The notes below the pieces were generated by a model. It was not told where the DNA came from, made no database searches, and saw only the letters and a program-made list of their open reading frames with translations. This document shows positions 59,202 through 64,000 of a stretch of 64,000 nt of DNA, piece after piece; position 1 is the stretch's first letter, and each line of letters starts with the position of its first letter. The stretch comes from Mizuhopecten yessoensis (Eukaryota), in assembly GCF_002113885.1 (NCBI RefSeq), contig NW_018403543.1, positions 1,106,145 to 1,170,144 of the forward strand. The letters are read 5' to 3'. The position numbers were made by a program, and so were the translations under genes.

Positions 59202-61830
59202 ATGTACAGCATGTTGAGGTTGAATTTAGTCTTGGTTGCTTTAATTATTTATGTTCCTTTCTGCCTGTTGGAGTCGGAACAAAATGATGAAGCAACAATG
59301 TTTGGGAATTTGAAGTATGACTCCCTACCGGAGCGCGTGAAAGAGGTTTTGCGTGAGAGCAGAACCTCGACGGACGAAACGTAAATATGTCCTTAAATGA
59401 CTACAAAATCAAATAATTATTTGATGTATGCAAGAGTCTTAATTGTTAATACAAACCATTATATGGTATATATAAGCGTACATTCATTAAATTTATGAAC
59501 ATTTGCAATCACATATTGATTTCCTCTCTGTAACTATCTTTGAATCATTTCTATGTAGCCTTTTGTTGACTTTATAACCCATTTGATATATTTTTGTTTT
59601 TGACTTGTGTGGAGCGTTGACTTCAGCTATCTTAACTGGAGGCCGGTAGCTAGACATGACCTAGATACAATAAGTGAACTTTAGATAAGTTGTCAGTTCG
59701 TTATAACATTTAATTTGATTATACTTTTCTTTTAATGAAATCACCTGCATTCATGCCTTTTTACAGAATAACCTACACCATCACATGACATAAACAATGT
59801 AGTCCTGAACTCTTTAACTCTTTGTTGTGTAAGGCTGATTGATGTTGTTGATTTAACCCATTGTCATGCTGTTCCGGTTAAAGTTTTATTGTCATATTGA
59901 GCTATTTGCTGTTTTTATGTTTACCTGTTGTTTTATAGAGCTAATCGTTGATGTTTGTTTTACATAGTTCATTGATGTTGTTAGATTGTTTTGTTTATTT
60001 TAGAGATCTCATTGGTTTTTGATTAATATTTTGTTTTACAGAGCTCATTTTGTTGTTATGTTAACATTCTGTTTTACAGAGCTCATTTTGTTGTTATGTT
60101 AACATTCTGTTTTACAGAGCTCATTTTGTTGTGATGTTAACGTTTTGTTTTACAGAGCTCATTTTGTTGTTATGTTAACATTCTGTTTTACAGAGCTCAT
60201 TTTGTTGTTATGTTAACATTCTGTTTTACAAAGCTCATTTTGTTGTGATGTTAACGTTTTGTTTTACAAAGCTCATTTTGTTGTGATGTTTTCATTCTGT
60301 TTAACAGAGCTCATTTTGTTGTGATGTTAACATTCTGTTTTACAAAGCTCATTTTGTTGTTATGTTATCATTCTGTTTTACAGAGCTCATTTTGTTGTTA
60401 TGTTCACCATTTGTTTAATAGAGCTCATTGCTACCGTTAGGTTGACTTTTATGTTTTATAGAGCTCATTGGTGCTGTAAGATCAATCCAACCAAAACGGT
60501 TGTAGATTCCCGAACCGTGACAGTCACTGTAGTCGTCCCAGTAAAACACACCCATCATTCCAGCTGTGGATTCCTGTGGCTCAGTCGATGCGGCAGTTCA
60601 TCATATACCACTGGGTAATTAAAATAGTTTTTACGTAGTATTTTCACCACCACATAGGTGTCTCTATAGCATGTGTAATTATATTTATTAGATGTCAAGG
60701 TAACGAAGATAAGTTACGAATTCACAGCAAACGGCAAAATCCTATTACATTTCCACATGACTCGTATTCAGTACATATTCGCGGGGGTTAAATTTCGCTG
60801 TGCACCCGAATCCCATGTGTCGTTCAAAGTATTTTGAGCGTCATTTTTTAAGGGTTTAACCTCAAAATATAGGTAAACCGTTTGAAAACACTGATCCTAA
60901 GCGTCCTCATCCACGAATGAGTGACCTCACTCGAAAGAAAATCAAATGTGTATGTACGTTTGTAGGAGTAAACTGTGATCAATTTATCACCTACCGTGTA
61001 CACATACATATGTTGTGGCCACTTATATGTAATTGTTGTTTTCACATGGACTGTCATGTTGTCCATTGCTGATCTGATTTGAGTTCATTTTAGCTTGCAT
61101 TACAGCGTTGGGTTAACGATATTTTTAACATGTGTGATAAGGTCCGTAAACGTGGTTAACCTTTTCGATAATTTCGCTGGTGCTTAGAATTCGTGGTTAT
61201 TAGTCAAAGCGCGAATATAGCGAAATTAAAACCCCCGCGAAATATAACCGCTATACATTAGTTCATCTTAACACTGTAAGAAAAGTAACAAGTGACATAT
61301 CATATTCTATCAACCGCGCTTACAACTTTAGGTACAAAACAGCGTACAGAGCGAGTTACAAAAGTAGGCTGGTACCAACAACCTGCCCTGACCAGCATCT
61401 GGTGTGCTGTAAAGACTACATAAAAGTTGCTGACCAGTGTTTGCGTAAGTAATGATATGGAACTAATGCTTGTGAAATATTTGATTTGACGAATTTTTTT
61501 TTAAATTACAATAAATAAACAGTACGATAAATAAACAAACAAATTAATTAGTTAGAAAGAAAAAACAGATAAATAAAACAAAACAAAATCCGTCCAAGAA
61601 CAACTTTGTGAATGTTTTTCAATGCGAAATAGTGTTAAATTTAACGAAAACGTTTGATCATTATTTTGTAATTACAGCATCTGCATCTGACATGATGTGA
61701 ATTATGTAGTAATGATGTAAAATATGTTCAAGTAACAAAAATATTTTTATTTTATTTAGCTCAAAGTCGACTCCCAGACATAAAAGACGACTTGCTGCAT
61801 TTGCACTCTGCAGGAATAGTTGTTGGTTAA
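59202..61830 (+). CDS. Secreted cysteine-rich EMI-like protein, paralog B, 4 exons, 171 aa
   Basis: Exons 59202-59380, 60462-60614, 61332-61444, 61760-61830 (phases 2,2,1; 516 nt). Hydrophobic signal MYSMLRLNLVLVALIIYVPFCLL, then a charged linker, then HWCCKINPT...SCGFLWLSRCG...TCPDQHLVCCKDYIKVADQCLP...SAGIVVG*. Same intron phases and Cys pattern as paralog A. Confidence 0.85.
59930..60470 (+). repeat. 38-bp tandem array copying the exon 2 acceptor of paralog B
   Basis: Unit ttttacag|agctcattttgttgttatgttaacattctg, about 12 clear copies plus decayed upstream ones. The real junction is ttttatag|agctcattggtgc at 60461/60462. Confidence 0.92.
60772..61260. mobile_element. MITE in intron 2 of paralog B
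   Basis: ttcgcgggggttaaatttcgct versus agcgaaattaaaacccccgcgaa inverted ends. Confidence 0.65.
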
Positions 61831-64000
61831 AGAAAAAATAGAAAATACTGTAACAAGAAAATATTAAGTAAAAATTCGTGGGTTAAGAAAGGATTTGAAT
61901 CATTGTGACAAAGAAATAATAAAAATATATTTTAAACTTGAATTAGTATGTTGTTCTGCGTTTACTCATCAAATTTGTTTTATATTATCTTATCTATTTA
62001 TACGTCAATGTGACAAGATGATATTGTCCGTTTTACTCCAAATGAAAGTGAAAATACGGTTATATAATTTTTAAATTATAATTATGATATTTATGTCATA
62101 TTTACTGTACACAGCTCATGTGACAGAGAATTTACAATTATAACTCTGTTACCATTTGTAACTCTGTTACCCATCATATTCTATCACTTACGGGAAAGAC
62201 TATTTATATAAAAAAAAATATAAACTTTTATTCGTCCTTTACAATAAATTACACAGTATCAATTACCTGTATCCATATACACTTAAAATAGACATATCTA
62301 CATATATAAAACATAAAAACAGAGAAATGTGTTTTTGAAGTCCGGAAATCGAAGTTGAAAGAAGAGACAGAACAAGAATGGGAGGTGTTAATCAGGTCTA
62401 ATGTCTATTTTTTTCTCCATTTGATCTCCTTTTCTGACTGTGATATTAAGAACAAGACCATACACATTTTCGGCACACAAATTCTAAGGAGCCACACAAA
62501 CGAAAGGAAAGAGGCCAGAAATCCCCAACACAAAAGGGAAATGAAAGCACCAGCGATCTGAGACCGATAACAATTATAATTGGCAGACAATACAATCTCA
62601 TAGATTATAAAGGGAAGAAAATGAATTTCAGAATTTTTGAATGCTGGAAAATGAAAAATCAGAGTGTATCAATGGTAGACAATAAATTTCCATATTGCAT
62701 TAAAGGCAGACCATAAAATGTCATAGTCGGAATTCAGATCATGAGGTAACCGTACAATATCTTAAGCGTTGACTGGAGGTAGAAAATCATTTACTTAGTA
62801 GTTCACAATGAAATGACAATAGGACGCATTTATCGAGAAATTCTAATAGTTAAAACGGACACTGAAGAAGTGAGCTAACAGTTACCTGTAATCATCATAA
62901 AGGGAGGAGTCTCACATACTGACAGAAGGAAATCAAACGATTGTGAAGGTTATAGTTTTATGTTTTATTTCATTTTCGAGGCAAATACATGTGATTAGCC
63001 AACAAGTTGAGTTGTTAGTTCATGAAGGTCATCCAGATCTGAAAAGATGAAATAATTATATTTGAACATCCAGGAGTGTTATTAATGTTTCACTCTACAG
63101 AGACAAAATATATAAAGTATGGATTACGAAAATATTTGTTTTAAGTCACGACCTTGCAATCAGCAGAACGAGAGCTGGAGAGGTTTGAAAACATATCTTG
63201 TGATATGTAAATATACATGATAATGACAATGGGTGTTTTTCCTCAATTTTGATCAGAATATTTCAGATGTTTTTTTACCCAACTAAGATTATTATTGTGA
63301 GTCACGAGATTACTTGTTCTATGAATTTAATTCATTTTGAGGTTCCTGATACTTACGAACACATGATTCGGCCACCATGATGTACATGTTGCAGCAGACG
63401 ATATGGCGATCAGGACAGTCCCCGGATCTCACATGTGTGTAGTATGCTGTCACGTAGAAAGTCTGTTGTCTGTAAGAATATTTTACGCAAACAAGTTGAA
63501 GTGCACACCTCTTTCAAGTATTGTACGCTATTTCAGTTAACGAAAATTCATTACAGATTGTTTACTACCATAATTTCAATACATTTCCTATGTTTTTGTT
63601 CTAAAACAGGAACAATGGATATGTTATATTTTATTCTATTTCAATTGTTTACGTAAGGTTACCCCAAGGTAAACTGTTTAAACTAGGGTCTAATTAAAGG
63701 TATGACATAATAAGTTGTATCCGACGTCGGGAGCCAATCCCACGCCTAACACGTTTAAAGGTCGTCAAATGCTTTAGATTGCATTTGCAGATCAGGGCAA
63801 ATATTAATTGTAATTTCGTTTTCCTGAAATGATGATGTCACATCAGAGATGGAAAGTAATTTCCTGAAGATGGTCGTTTGGCATGAAAGCGTTCACGATA
63901 ATTAACTATAATGGTACTGTTGATTTTGTATACAAGTATTCCTAAACCCTTAAATGCAAGGATAAATGCGAACTGAAAGTAAGAAAGAAAAATGTAACAG

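Overview
AT-rich, intron-rich animal genomic DNA with assembly gaps. The repeat families and gene content suggest a bivalve mollusc, possibly a scallop (inference). I reconstructed six protein-coding genes by hand from GT-AG junctions. They are: (1) a complete 27-exon ABCD3/PMP70 (2925-23043, +, 658 aa); (2) a Mab-21/cGAS-like receptor (cGLR) with a single coding exon, an apparently intact nucleotidyltransferase motif and a helical/TPR-like C-terminus (36422-38560, +); (3) a 4-exon Asterix/WDR83OS (48479-45545, -, 106 aa); (4) an unrecognised secreted Gly/Ser/Ala-rich protein (-); and (5, 6) two paralogous secreted 8-Cys EMI-like proteins (+) that the ORF track shows only in fragments. The rest is mainly non-autonomous Helentron-type elements (HINEs) carrying satellite-like arrays, MITEs of several superfamilies, tRNA-derived SINEs, decayed LINEs and minisatellites. 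The most unusual recurring pattern is that several tandem arrays are built from copies of the adjacent exon-intron junction, or of the cGLR C-terminus, so decoy splice sites are stacked beside the real ones. All coordinates were counted manually, so repeat boundaries are approximate.
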